Shown: piece after piece, positions 23,001 to 35,100 of the stretch
Layout: each line of letters begins with the position of its first letter
Position numbering within the stretch: position 1 is the first letter of the stretch
Origin: Bugula neritina
Taxonomy: Eukaryota > Animalia > Bryozoa
Length of the DNA: 64,000 bases
Assembly (NCBI GenBank): GCA_964035545.1
Contig: OZ037767.1
Coordinates: 12,571,801 to 12,635,800, forward strand
Direction of reading: 5' to 3'
Position numbers and translations under genes: made by a program
The notes under the pieces: model-generated
The model's input: only the letters and a program-made list of their open reading frames with translations
Told to the model about the DNA's origin: nothing
Databases searched by the model: none

Positions 23001-26000
23001 TTCTCTAAGGGGTTAAACCCCTACACCCTTAGTCTTTCCTATAGGAACTGAACCTTACAGTCATCAGTCTCTCAGTCCCAGTGAAAGTTAGATTACTGTA
23101 ATCTATGATGTGTTATTGTGCTATAATATGATAATTGTGTATCAAACTGTTATACAGTATGATAGTGTTGCATAGTATGTAGTATTGTAATATGCTATTC
23201 TGTGTATTGTCACTGGTATACAGTATTATAGTAAAATATACTATATATGAATATTAATGTAATATAATATATACTATATACAACTACTAACATAACACAA
23301 TATATACTATGTGTGAATACTACCATAATATAATATATGTTATATTATATTACAGGTTTATGACTACAAGCAGGTAGTTACTGACGTCGTGGATATGCAT
23401 TACCCTGTGACAGAAATGAGTTGTGCCTCCAAAATATCCTGTGTAGCCTGGAATCCTTACCACAAGAACGAGTTGGCCAGCAGTGACTATGAGGGGACCG
23501 TCACCATGTGGGACCCTTTCAGTGCCAGTAAAACCCACGTCTATCAGGTACTCTCCCCCTCTCTCTCCCCCCTCTCCCCCTCTCCCCCACTCGCTCCCCC
23601 TCTCCCCCCTCACTCCCCCTCTCTTCCCCTCTCTCCCCCACTCGCTCTCTCTCTCCTTCTCTCTCTCTCTCCCTCTCTCTCCTACTCTGAATTGTAATTT
23701 ATTTGAAGTACTCTGTTCTCATCAACTAAAAAGCAGGTGATGAGTTGTGTTGTTTGCGTTGCTATAGTAACAAGTACCTCTTAATGCTGGTATTCTATTT
23801 TTAATTGTAGGAACATGAAAAGAGATGCTGGTGTGTAGACTTCAACAGAATGAATCCCCATTTGATGGCTTCGGGTTCTGACGATTCCAAAGTAAAAATC
23901 TGGTCTACTAACACTGCCCGCTCCGTGCTGAATATTGAAGCCATGGTACTCGGTCTATGTGTAGATTACTTATTGGCTATCATTCCGAGAACAAAATGTT
24001 TATTTTATGCCTTCAAAAACCACTATCTATCTACCATATGTGTCTCACAAGCTGATATGCTTTCAAGATTTTCGCCTTATTAAAAAATTTATAGTGAGGA
24101 TTTTTCCTGAATTAGTGCGAAATAGTGATGCATTTATTTTTTCTTTATATGTCATTTGCCATGCTCGATGACCTTTTAAGGTCATACCACAATTAAGTTG
24201 CTGCCGTAAGTAGAAGTGTTGACACGTGCATATGTTGAGTGACTTGTAGGCAAACGTCTGCTGCGTGAAGTTCAACCCTACGTCCAGCTACCACTTAGCC
24301 TTTGGAGCTGCAGATCACTGTGTCCATTACTATGATATTAGGAAACATTCTGAACCCCTCCTCACTTTTAAAGGTTTGTGCAAATAAAACACATGTTTTA
24401 ATTTGCGCATTTACAAATGAATATAACTTTGTGTTGACGATACGATAGTCAGCTAGAATCAATATTAATATCTGAAAATGTTTTATTTTTGTAGCTTTTT
24501 TTTACTTTTTAATGACTCGTTTGTATTTCCACACCTTGTTTGTCATTATGTAAGCTGCTGAATGCATCTAAACTATTGAAAATTTCCGTTCATAAATTTA
24601 AAAAAATGTTTTATTCATTGAGAGTGAATATTATTCTCAATAGCAGTGAGTATAAGGATTTATCTTCCCTCTGTCAGGTCACCTCAAGGCCGTATCTTAT
24701 GCCAAGTTTCTAAATGGAGAGGAGATGGTGTCAGCCTCCACTGATAGTCAGCTGAAACTCTGGAATGTCAAGAAAGGTTTGTAGACCAGCTAGATAGAAT
24801 ATTCTAGAATACTTCCTACTTATATATAGACTGTCTACTGCTTATATATAGACTGTCAACTGTTTATATATAGACTGTCAATTACTTATATATAGACTGT
24901 CAACTACTTATATATAGACTGTCAACTGCTTATATATAGATATCAGTTATAGTTTACATATATTATCTAACTATATTTAGAAACATTGATCTGATTTAGA
25001 GTAGTTTTGCACTCAACAGGTATTGTTTTGGGAGTTGCCTCTCACAAATACTGTTTACCCTAATTTCAATTCATAAATTAGAAGTTATGTACCCTGCTTA
25101 TTTCTAGCACCTGTTTTGTTGAAGACACTTTTAATTAAGTTTATCTTACGTATCAAATTGAATGTAAAGGTTTAGGTAAAATGATGGTACAAAGAAATCG
25201 CTTGATGCAGAACATAGTTTGGGGCCACAAAGTGAAGTGTGGTTTAGAGTTCTAGTTTGAACAGTTATGTGTATACTAATACTGCGCTCAGTGACCCCAA
25301 ACCTTGTGCTGCCTTTAACGATTCCCATCATACAATGAGTTTCCTAAAGAACTAGATGAATGAACATATGGTTAATGGTTAATACTTTTTTATGTTGCTG
25401 CATGTACATACCCAGTGATGGAGTTGGTGTTACTTACGTCTATGTACAGTTCTGTATGGCACTAGGATAATATTTATTGCTTAATTTCTTGACTCTCTTT
25501 GCAAGAGCTGAATATTCACATGTGTTTCTGCCCACTAAATATACTCCACTGTATGCAGGTAAATATACTCTACTGTATGCAGATAAATATACCCCACTGT
25601 ATGCAGGTAAATATACTCCACTGTATGCAGGTAAATATACTCCACTGTATGCAGGTAAATATGCTCCACTGTATGCAGGTAAATATACCCCACTGTATGC
25701 AGGTAAATATACTCTACTGTATGCAGGTAAATATACCCCACTGTATGCAGGTAAATATACTTCACTGTATGCAGGTACGAGTGCTGTGAGGACTTTCAAA
25801 GGTCACATCAATGAAAAGAACTTTGTTGGCCTCGCCTCTGACTCTGATTTCGTAGCATGTGGTAGTGAGGACAACTCCCTCTGTGTCTACTACAAGGGAC
25901 TCACCAAAATACTTCACAAGTAGGTTGTATCTTGTTGATTTATTCAGCAAAACCTTTCTCAGCAAATCTCAAGACAAATTTAGATGTAAAAGGAGGTGTT

Positions 26001-26874
26001 AATTCTTATTTGCCCAATGGTAGTTTGCAAAACTTTTTCTGCAAGTCTACATAACGGACAATGCTACTTTTTCAATTTTTATTTTAAGACTTTATTGAAG
26101 CTGTCCACTCATACCTGTTTTATTTTCCATTGAATCATTAAAGTGCACACAACTCTCTTTTCATTAAAAGCAATTTCTCAATCTAAGTTCCTTTTTTTGT
26201 TTAGCCTTGCCAGCCAGAGTTCTAGTGGAGAACTCTTGTTCTATTTTACCTTGCTTTTGCTGTGTGTACAACTTGACTCCTACTTTACTATATTGCTTCT
26301 ATCAGAGGGTGTCTCTAATTACATTGTTATATATTCACCCTGCCATAGCCCTATCACTGAATACCATAGTATCCTAGGCTGTAAAATCATGATTACATCA
26401 CGTTTTAATTACTTTCACATTCAGTGGCATGTGATTAGAATGTGAAAATGATATTTAGGCAGATCTAGGTATTTTATTGACCATTTTCTATCTTCAAAGC
26501 CTCCTAAAGAAAAGTGCTAATGAGAAATTCAAATTAGACTGAAAAGCACACAAATTATGAAAAAAGTATGAAAAAAATGAGTGCATGCATTTATGCAGAA
26601 ATAGCAGTCACAATTTTTACAAAAAATTGAACTGTGTTGTGCTCAGTTTACAAAGTGTTGCTGTAATGATATTTTTTTGCATTCATGTAGTCTGTATGTT
26701 ACTTTTCTGCATTCTAGGTACAAGTTTGACATTGTAAGGTCAGTCTGGCAGCGTGACGCACCAAGAGAGGAAGACTCCACGGAATTTGTGTCAGCCGTAG
26801 CTTGGAAACCCGACAGCGGTGTGATTGTTGTGGCGAATAGTCAGGGTATCGTTAAAGTTCTGGAGTTGGTATAA
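20057..26874 (+). CDS. COP1: E3 ubiquitin-protein ligase COP1 (RING - coiled coil - WD40), 9 coding exons
   Basis: Exons 20057-20665, 21010-21229, 21803-21957, 23356-23547, 23811-23945, 24250-24373, 24678-24776, 25775-25919, 26718-26874 join in frame. [27 protein letters not shown]1-typical motifs [77 protein letters not shown]. Confidence 0.96.
21427..21794 (+). repeat. 38-bp minisatellite, ~9.7 copies, ending at a COP1 3' splice site
   Basis: Unit TATTACTAATTCTACTGTATATTACAGAGTATACACTC. Confidence 0.95.
22091..22515 (-). mobile_element. tRNA-derived SINE head interrupted by the MITE
   Basis: Removing the MITE and one TTA restores AGTAGCCGTAGTTTAAAGGTTAGAGCACTAGCTTGG...GGTTTGAATCCC, collinear with the copy at 48750. 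Confidence 0.6.
22136..22500. mobile_element. PIF/Harbinger-like MITE with TTA target duplication
   Basis: TIRs TAGCCTGGCCACACGATCATGAGAATC / GATTCTCACGATCGTGAGGCCAGGCCT; TTA at 22133-22135 and 22501-22503; internal palindrome 22230-22263. Confidence 0.8.
23550..23688 (+). repeat. CT-rich low-complexity tract directly after a COP1 donor
   Basis: CTCTCCCCCTCTCTC... begins 2 nt after the GT at 23548. Confidence 0.95.
24816..24941. repeat. ~21-22-bp minisatellite, ~5 copies
   Basis: Unit CTTATATATAGACTGTCAACTG, ~40 nt downstream of the donor at 24777. Confidence 0.9.
25537..25776 (+). repeat. 24-bp minisatellite, 10 copies, spanning the COP1 exon 8 acceptor
   Basis: Unit AAATATACTCCACTGTATGCAGGT; the last copy supplies the CAG|GT at 25774/25775. 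Confidence 0.97.
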
Positions 26875-27003
26875 CTCTTAGTCTATGAAGCTTTCTCTTT
26901 CTACCCAAGAAATGTCACTCTTGACTTATGATCGGGTTTCTACTACTCACGCGGACTTGTTTCTATCTTATCAACAAGCTGGAATTATGTACTTCCTTTA
27001 TTT

Positions 27004-27160
27004 GAATACAGTTGTGAGACTGAGCATGTGCGGAATACAGTTGTGAAACTGAGCATGTGCGGAATACAGTTGTTAGACTGAGCATGTACGGAATACAGTT
27101 GTTAGACTGAGCATGTGCGGAATACAGTTGTTAGACTGAGCATGTGCGGAATACAGTTGT
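27004..27160 (+). repeat. 29-bp minisatellite, 5.4 copies, in the probable COP1 3' UTR
   Basis: Unit GAATACAGTTGTTAGACTGAGCATGTGCG, 130 nt after the stop codon. Confidence 0.95.
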
Positions 27161-28333
27161 ATAGTCACACTGGAGGTCAGCTTCATTGCGAATATTGAGC
27201 TTTCAATGTACTCATTAGTTAAGCTTTTTCTGCTCTTAGTCTTACGAACATTGACACATCCTCTCAGCTTTCAGCCAAGTAGCCCCAGCTCCATACCTAC
27301 ACACAGTAGCCTCAGAGTTTATAAACTAAATTGAACTTCTTTTATTTCACAGCGAATTATTACTCAGTACTAAATGGCCATGTGTGTATATTTTAGGTAG
27401 AAAGAAATTTCGCTTCATATCTTGTGTGTAAACACATCTTAAGAGCAGTTTGTTCAGGCGTGTGAACTGGAGAAAAATAGTTTTATTTTTTCATTCTTGT
27501 CTCTATTTATGTTTTGTGTTTAATTAAGTCGTTGCTACTAATATAATAGACTCTTCCATTGTTCTATGTCTAATGGCAAAGGTGCTAGTCCTCTATCTCT
27601 CAACAATAGCCAACCTCTATCTGAAATTCTAATATTTGGAAAATTACAAGCTGCACATGACAAATTTTAAACTGATTTACTCCCTAGCCTTCATATGCCA
27701 TTGCGTGCGTGTCCTGACAATACCAATGCTGGTCTGCGCATTGCTGTGGTGCAACAATATCAGGTCTTGCAGTACTGCGCAGGTTTATGGTGGGAAACCA
27801 AACTTACCATTCATAATACGGTCCATTTCTTTGTTTTCCATTAACTACACAGTTGTCTTTTATTGCTATTCTCGGAAACAAGCGATTTCTGATTTACTAT
27901 TTACGTTTCATTTCAGAGATAAGGAAGTTCTGAAATATTTTGGTTTTGTTTAGATTGGTAACAATTACTTATGCAAGAATGATTCCATGTTATAATGATG
28001 TACATGCAAGTTCATTATCTGTTATTTTTTGAGTCTTATTGGATAAAAGTAATAAATAATTTAATTTTTTTCACATCAAGCTCCTTTTGTTTCATAAATA
28101 AAAATATTTATTTACTTTAAGCTTTCAATACTACATTGGATACACCTAAGTGCCGCAATGTACTTTATTCAGTACATGTATAAACTTTAAAAACAGTCAT
28201 AAATAGTATAAAACTTCAACACAGGTAAAGCAGGTTCCTTTCATCCTGTGTGAATTTTTGTTGATTAAATTGCCAAGTTATGATAAAACTGAATCTGTTT
28301 TCTCTGCAATTTGCTACAGCCATCCATGTAGAG

Positions 28334-28541
28334 CAGGGGAGGGAAGCTGGAGGCCCCAGGACCACCTGTGGCCCTTTTCATGCTTAAGATGAGTCAAAAC
28401 TGTTATATGCATTCTGATAAGCACAGCATATAGGTTTGGTGAGAAATTACTTTATTATAGTAAAGTTCAATGAGTGTACAGTCATTTGATTTGGCTGACT
28501 TCTGAACTTGGCCTTATTCCAAAAGAAGTTGCCCACCCCTG
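28334..28541. mobile_element. hAT (Charlie-like) MITE
   Basis: Ends CAGGGGAGGGAAGC / GTTGCCCACCCCTG; degenerate 8-bp flanks ATGTAGAG / CTGTAAAG; subterminal GGCCC motifs. Confidence 0.7.
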
Positions 28542-29181
28542 CTGTAAAGACTCCATATTCAAGTAGTTCATCAATTTTCTTACAAATTTATTTTAGTATA
28601 AATATGATGGCAATCATGTTATGGTATACTAGTGTTGTACTTCCACAGCTATACTAGTTATGTGATCATAATAGAGCTTCTATTACTTTGTAAAGTTATA
28701 CTTATTTATATGGCATATAATTATTAATCCATCATAATACTATGGAAATAATCTAAATGAAGTGGTGAATGAAAACTAATAAACAGTACATGGCATGTAC
28801 ATGTAGAGCCTGTAATTACAATGATTAAGCTAAGGTTCAAAATAATAATAAAGTAAAATGTACAAAGTACAGTCATGGGGCAAAACATTGCATAAAGTGA
28901 ATATCAAAAGCTGCTAAAGTAAGCTGAGGTGCCTATCAAATAAACACTTGAAAATAATATGACAATTTACAAAGTTGTGAGTTTGTGTAAGCAGTGAAGT
29001 AGAAGATAATAGGATACAAAAATACACACATCTGAGCATAGAGCATCCAATCAGGATGAACTACTGTCCAGTGATGGCGGTTATATGATAAGAAGACATT
29101 TATAAATAGAACTGCAGATGAATATAGCCTGTCTCCTATTCTGATTGTACGTCTGAGTCTAATGGTAAACAACCAGTTGGC

Positions 29182-32100
29182 CTAGAACATTCTATCACTG
29201 TCATCTAACTCAGCATGCTTATACTTTTCTTTCCTTAGAGCAGCAAGTTTCTCACGAGCTTTCATCAACTCCTTCTCTTTCTCCAAAACCTCAGCTTGTA
29301 CATCAATCAACTACAGAAACAGACAGAGGATGTGTGATATAGATAGTTCAGCATTAAAAGGTCATTGGTAAATGACCATAAAGTATTAAAACTATTCATG
29401 GATTGTAGCTGTGATAGCATGAAAGAATCATAGCCTCAAAGAACACAGTTGAAATATTAAAACCTTAAAACAGTTCCTGATACATTGAAGTTGAACTCCA
29501 GTTTACCATTAATATAGCAAGTAGTATATTTTGTAGCCTGTGAACATACAAAAAGGCTATCAAAACACCGGGCAGCAAAGTACCCCCACAAACAATACTA
29601 TAAATTCAATAGTTCAAAGATATTAAAGTCAAACCTAAGCATAAGCAACTCCAAAATAATGAACCAGTAGAAGCATAGAAATATCTGAAAAGTTGGATGA
29701 GCAAACCCAGCTTAGCTGAGAGCTGGGCACTGAAATGTTTCCATTTTCTGGAATATGTATGGAACAAAAAACATGAAATAGAAAGATCAGTTTCACAGTA
29801 TTATGTTTGCAAATAAATGCCAATAGCTCAATACATCATTATATATTGCTGTAATATCAGCATAGATTGTCACAGTATCAGCATGAGTAATATCCGTGAT
29901 TTCGTAGCAGAAAAATCAAACATTTTTGTAAACCTAAAAGCTAAGAGCAACGGAAGTCCATCACACTGAGGAGCAGCACTTGACATGCCAACTACGCCGT
30001 GCCTAGTTGCAGCAACTCAACAGGGTTCAAACTTAGGTCAGATGATTCCCTAAGAGAGAGAGCGACCCAGATGACACGCCTAGAGCATGCGTGGGATAGA
30101 CTCTACTGAGTAGATTCGACTCAGTGGATAGTGAACTAGATCTCTAACACACGAGAGCACAAGAGACATAGCCGTGTAGAGTAGAGGTCTTACGTGAATC
30201 TTCTTAAAGTGTTGTATGACATTAGGATGCCAGCTCTAACAAAGTTGTAAGAGTATAACAGAACGTTCTAGAACAGGTGAGATGGCATGCCACTAAAATA
30301 CCACTTAAACTCCAATGTAAATCTCACATAGCCTACTTGGGTGTGTTCAGTACAAATGACATTTGCTACTGTTATAGTTTAAAGGGAAAGTCCAGGAATT
30401 AAGTTGGCTGTCCCAGCGTTGTCTGTATTTCCAAACAACTAATATATGGGTTCTTAAAAACGTAAAAAGCATTAACATGTTAAATAAAACATCTATATTA
30501 TAGATGTTGATTGATAAACGAGAAATTTACAAACACTAAAAGCAACATTAACCGTAAAAATACCCCCAGAAATCCAAAACCACAAAATGCATTTCAGTAG
30601 CACATACATGGGGATGTCAAATTTATTCCGAAGGAAAGCAACAGTTCAATTAAACAGATAATATGACTACTCTCACGGCTTCAAATATGGAGGATGTGGC
30701 GAAACACAACACTACGTGTAGTCATAGCCCTAGCTCTAAATCCCAAGCAATATGCTTTAACGGGGGATTGCGTGAGGCTACTTACACTAAAATATTTGAG
30801 ATCGAAGCTTCAAATAATATATACACACAATAAATTATACGAACAATACAATTCAACATCAGACATGTATGTGCACATGGAATGCTGTTTGAGTGTTTGG
30901 ATTTAACTTCAATGGACCAAGTTTCCTGAACATAGTAACATGTGACTGTGATCTATTCAGCTGTTGCAGCATTATTAGACTTGAAATAAAAGTAGATAAT
31001 GTAACTGCTGTGTGGCAAGTAAACGTACCATATCCACTTACAAACTTATGATGATTATGAGCTGATGAATTAATAATTGCTGGCAGGGAATTCTTAAAGA
31101 GTTTGAGTTTAAATATTGTAACCTTTAGGAAAAGAGAATTTTACAACAGGAAGCTGACTAGAAAAAAGGGGTTGAACCCCTCTACTGGTAGTCTTTGCGT
31201 TGCACCTACAATAGAATGATAGGAGAACTGAAAGAGAGGCTAGTTTCCTGTGAACTTACCTGAGCTACACCTCCCACCATTCTCTTGTTCACCTGCACGT
31301 TAGCTTCGTCTTCCCTCTCTCTCACCTGCTGTGCTGACTTTACCAGAGCTTCGGTGGCTCTCTTGACAGCGTTACCTGCACACAAAAGAGAAGATGTGTA
31401 CTACAGATGGATTATTCTGGTCTGATTGAAAATGTTAGTAACTGCCTCTCACAGCTACATACACCAAACCCTTACACACAGTACACTGTCAATATTCTCC
31501 TGCTTCAGCTATAATAGTGTATTCCATTAGTTGCGTTAACCAAACTTAGACATAGAAACTGTTGAAATGCATTGAAATGCTTTAAACCAACACAAAACTG
31601 TTTTCAAGCACATCTCTATAAACTTTGTTTTAAACAAGACACACCTATGCACAGTGCCCCCCTCCATGCACACAATGCCCCCTCCATGTACACAATGCCC
31701 CCTCCATACACACAGTGCCCCCCCCCCCATACACACCTTACTTATAAAAGAATACAACACTTTACCCGCTGCTTGAAGTCTCTTCATGGCCACAGAGTCG
31801 GGGTCAGCCTTGACCTTGCAGGCCACGAGCAGATGTGCTGTTGAACCAGCCACCTGCTTAGCAGAAGATATGAGCTGCTCTTCGCTTGCGTGTCCTTGAA
31901 CCATAGCGTTGGCCGCTTCACACAGGGAATGGGTTGCAGCGGCGACCATCCGAGCCTACATTCAGACAACTAAGTCAACATGCTGTATAACCTGGCTTCT
32001 TTGTAGCACAGATGGGTATAAGGCAGATGTTATCCTTTCACAGTATAGTAACCCATAGCTTCTTGTGGTGCCTTAGCACTATTTACAACTTTTAACAGAA

Positions 32101-35100
32101 ACACAGTGCAACAGCCACCCAGTTATGAGTTACAACTTTACTCAGTATTATTGTATTATAGGAAGTATCACAGCCTTTACTATTAGTTGCAACTGGTTAC
32201 ACTACACAGATATTGAATACAAGTGAATATATACTATATAGACACTCACAGCAGATATTAAGCCCTGAGACCACTGGCCATCCTCATCTGGCATGTACCG
32301 GTTGAAGGACATACTCATACGACCTTGAGACACGAGCTCTCTCTGAGCAGCGGTCGCTGACTTTACCAGCGCTGACGTAGCAGTGGCTATCGACTTACAC
32401 GCCTCCAATATCTGCTCGTCAAAGTTGAGGTCTTCGTTGGCTTCCTACAAGGCAGCGCAGAGTCATCAGACGGAGTCGTGACATACCGCTCACGTACTGG
32501 TTACATTAGCAGGAGGATCGTTCAATACTATTGTATTATATAATAGGAGCAGCAAGGGACTGTCTTAGTAGCTTGTCACACAGATCCAGAGTCTGATTTA
32601 TTATTGAACTTCATAAGTGTACACAAAAACACAGTAAACCATTGCTGACCAGGCATGACTCTTGCAACAGAGGTACAATAACAATACAGGGAAGAAAAAA
32701 CAGGTTCCTTGTCCTGGTTTACTTAATTACTAAAACATTAGGAATAGCAGTTGTGGCATTGAGGTAAATTGGAGTTGTTTGTTAACTATCAATAGACATC
32801 AGTTATTGAAAGAATTGACATTTTCTTCACAAGCTAAATTATCAGAACAGAAAATATACAACATAGAGCTCCAATTACCAGCTCCAAGTACATGTACACT
32901 GGTGCAGTTTGTGTGGTTCATGCAATAGACAGTCATAGAAGGTTCTGGAAAACCTACTTCACTATCTTAACTATTTGGTATATTCTAAGTTAGAATACCA
33001 ATGAGTAACCAAAAGCGCACAGTCACCACTGATGGTTACTTCCCTCTTTAGACACAGTGAACAATCATTAATATTTGTTGAGCAGAAGATTTGAGAGACA
33101 CCAATAAAAACTGCAGTATATATCTAAGTATCTCTTTTTTAATTGTGACCCTCATCTAACTAACCTTAGCAGAGGCCCTGGGTTTCAGTTGCATGAGCTT
33201 CTTAGCAGCAGCTTCAATGGATTTGGCAGCACCGAGCAGCTCTATCTCTGCGACTACCGTGGGGTCATCAGGGTCAACAAAGTCACTTCCTACATGAAGC
33301 AATTAAACAGGAAATGGTTTAGAGTGAAACAAGAGTAACTAAATATCTGCATACACAGTAAGGCTATACCAATAGTAAACTAATAGCAGACACCATAGTT
33401 AGTATAAATGACTAATGTTTAGAACTCAGAGCACTAGTCGCTATGAGAACACTTAGTGAATATTTTAGTGAATGTGTTATTTGGAATGAATAACAAAATT
33501 GTTATTTGGAGAGCAATTATATCTTTACACGTTTGTTAATTTCATACTGTTATGATATTTAGACTCTGTTAAAATCATAGCCACTGCTGATAAAATTAGA
33601 TCAACCATCAGTAACTGCTTTATAATTTTATAAAAACTATTTCAAAATAGAGAGTCCTACTAACAAGAAATGCAACATTAAATTTTAAATAATGGACTAG
33701 CAGAAGTTCTGGCATTTGAATGAATTACTACATTACTTCCTACAAAGAAACAGAAACAGTCCAACGTAAAGTAAGTAGACACGTCGTAGCGAAGCAGTGT
33801 TACACATACAGGGATACAGCTTATTACAGCCTAAACTTGCTTCCAAAATGCTCGTGGCTGGGGAAATGAGCCTGAAGCAGAGCAGTAACTAAATGGGAGT
33901 ATGCCAGTCTAAATACTACAAATTCTATTGGAGTTGCGAGCTCAATGTATGAGATTGAGTAAAGAGTGACACACTAGATGAGTCACTAAGAGAGTGAGAC
34001 GCTAGATGAGTCACTAAGAGAGTAACAGACTAGATGAGTTACCAAGAGAGTGACACACTAGATGAGTCAGAAAAATTGATTTAATAGCCGTGAGTCATCA
34101 GAATGACACTGTTCTACATAGATTGGCAAAACAATGTGTTTCATTAGAAGTTGAGAAACTGTTGAGACTAATTTATTTGTTTCTCGAAAGAATAAATTAT
34201 CCAGGCAAAACAGTTGAAGGTGAGCTTACCAACAAGGAAAACTTGAAAAAAAACTTTTCTTCCATTACTAAAGTTAAATGTTTTTTTTATGAATTTGAAA
34301 TTTACACCAAAGATTAAGAAAGGAGACAGCGTTGATGTAATTAGTCTTAACTTTAATATTCATTGGCTAATTACAATCCTGGCAACTGCAAGAACCTGCT
34401 ACAAAGTTTTCTACAAATCTCTAGCAACAGGAGAAAACACTCTCAACTACCAGATAGAAGTATAGTAAGGGCATATCAGTGTGTCTTTCTAATTGAAAAC
34501 AAAGAGAGCTAATATATTTTAAACTAAATATTATAATAAAAATTTCATTTATAGAAAACTCAGATGAAAAAAGTGAGTGTAGAACAGTTTTACTAGTCAA
34601 CTTTGCGAATATGAGAGTTGTAACAGTGGCACTGAGTAAGTAAGTTCAATAACATTCTAAACAGTAGCCTATCTTTAGAAAACACAATTTTACGCACATT
34701 CCTTGATTTTAAACCAGGGTAAGCAAGTATTACTCAAAGAAGATGTTTTTTTTGGAATATTCCAACTCCATACTAGACTTTCGAAATAAACTTAGCGATG
34801 GTCAAATTCTATAAAGTATGATTTTCCGGAAATATTCCGAGTACTATTGAACTTACAATAGTGACAGTTTGAGTAAAATAAGATAGGCATTTGGCAATCA
34901 AGATGGCGTGTTAGGTAATATGATGATTATATGATACAGAGGGCATTGTATACCTGAGAGATGACCCCTTGCTGAAACAATCACACATTATACAAAAGTA
35001 AATCCACAGATTCTGTGAACGCAACAGTCCATGCAACTATTGTTACCATCACAGAATACAAGCAAAGTTTTATAGGTAGAGTACACATGGGAACATTTAA

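Noticed and set aside
25440-25799. Antisense and alternate-frame repeat ORFs over the 24-bp array
   Set aside because: By-products of a stop-free unit whose length is a multiple of 3.
30379-30930. Possible Kolobok element starting TTAAAGGGAAAGTCCAGG
   Set aside because: No matching right TIR with TTAA found.
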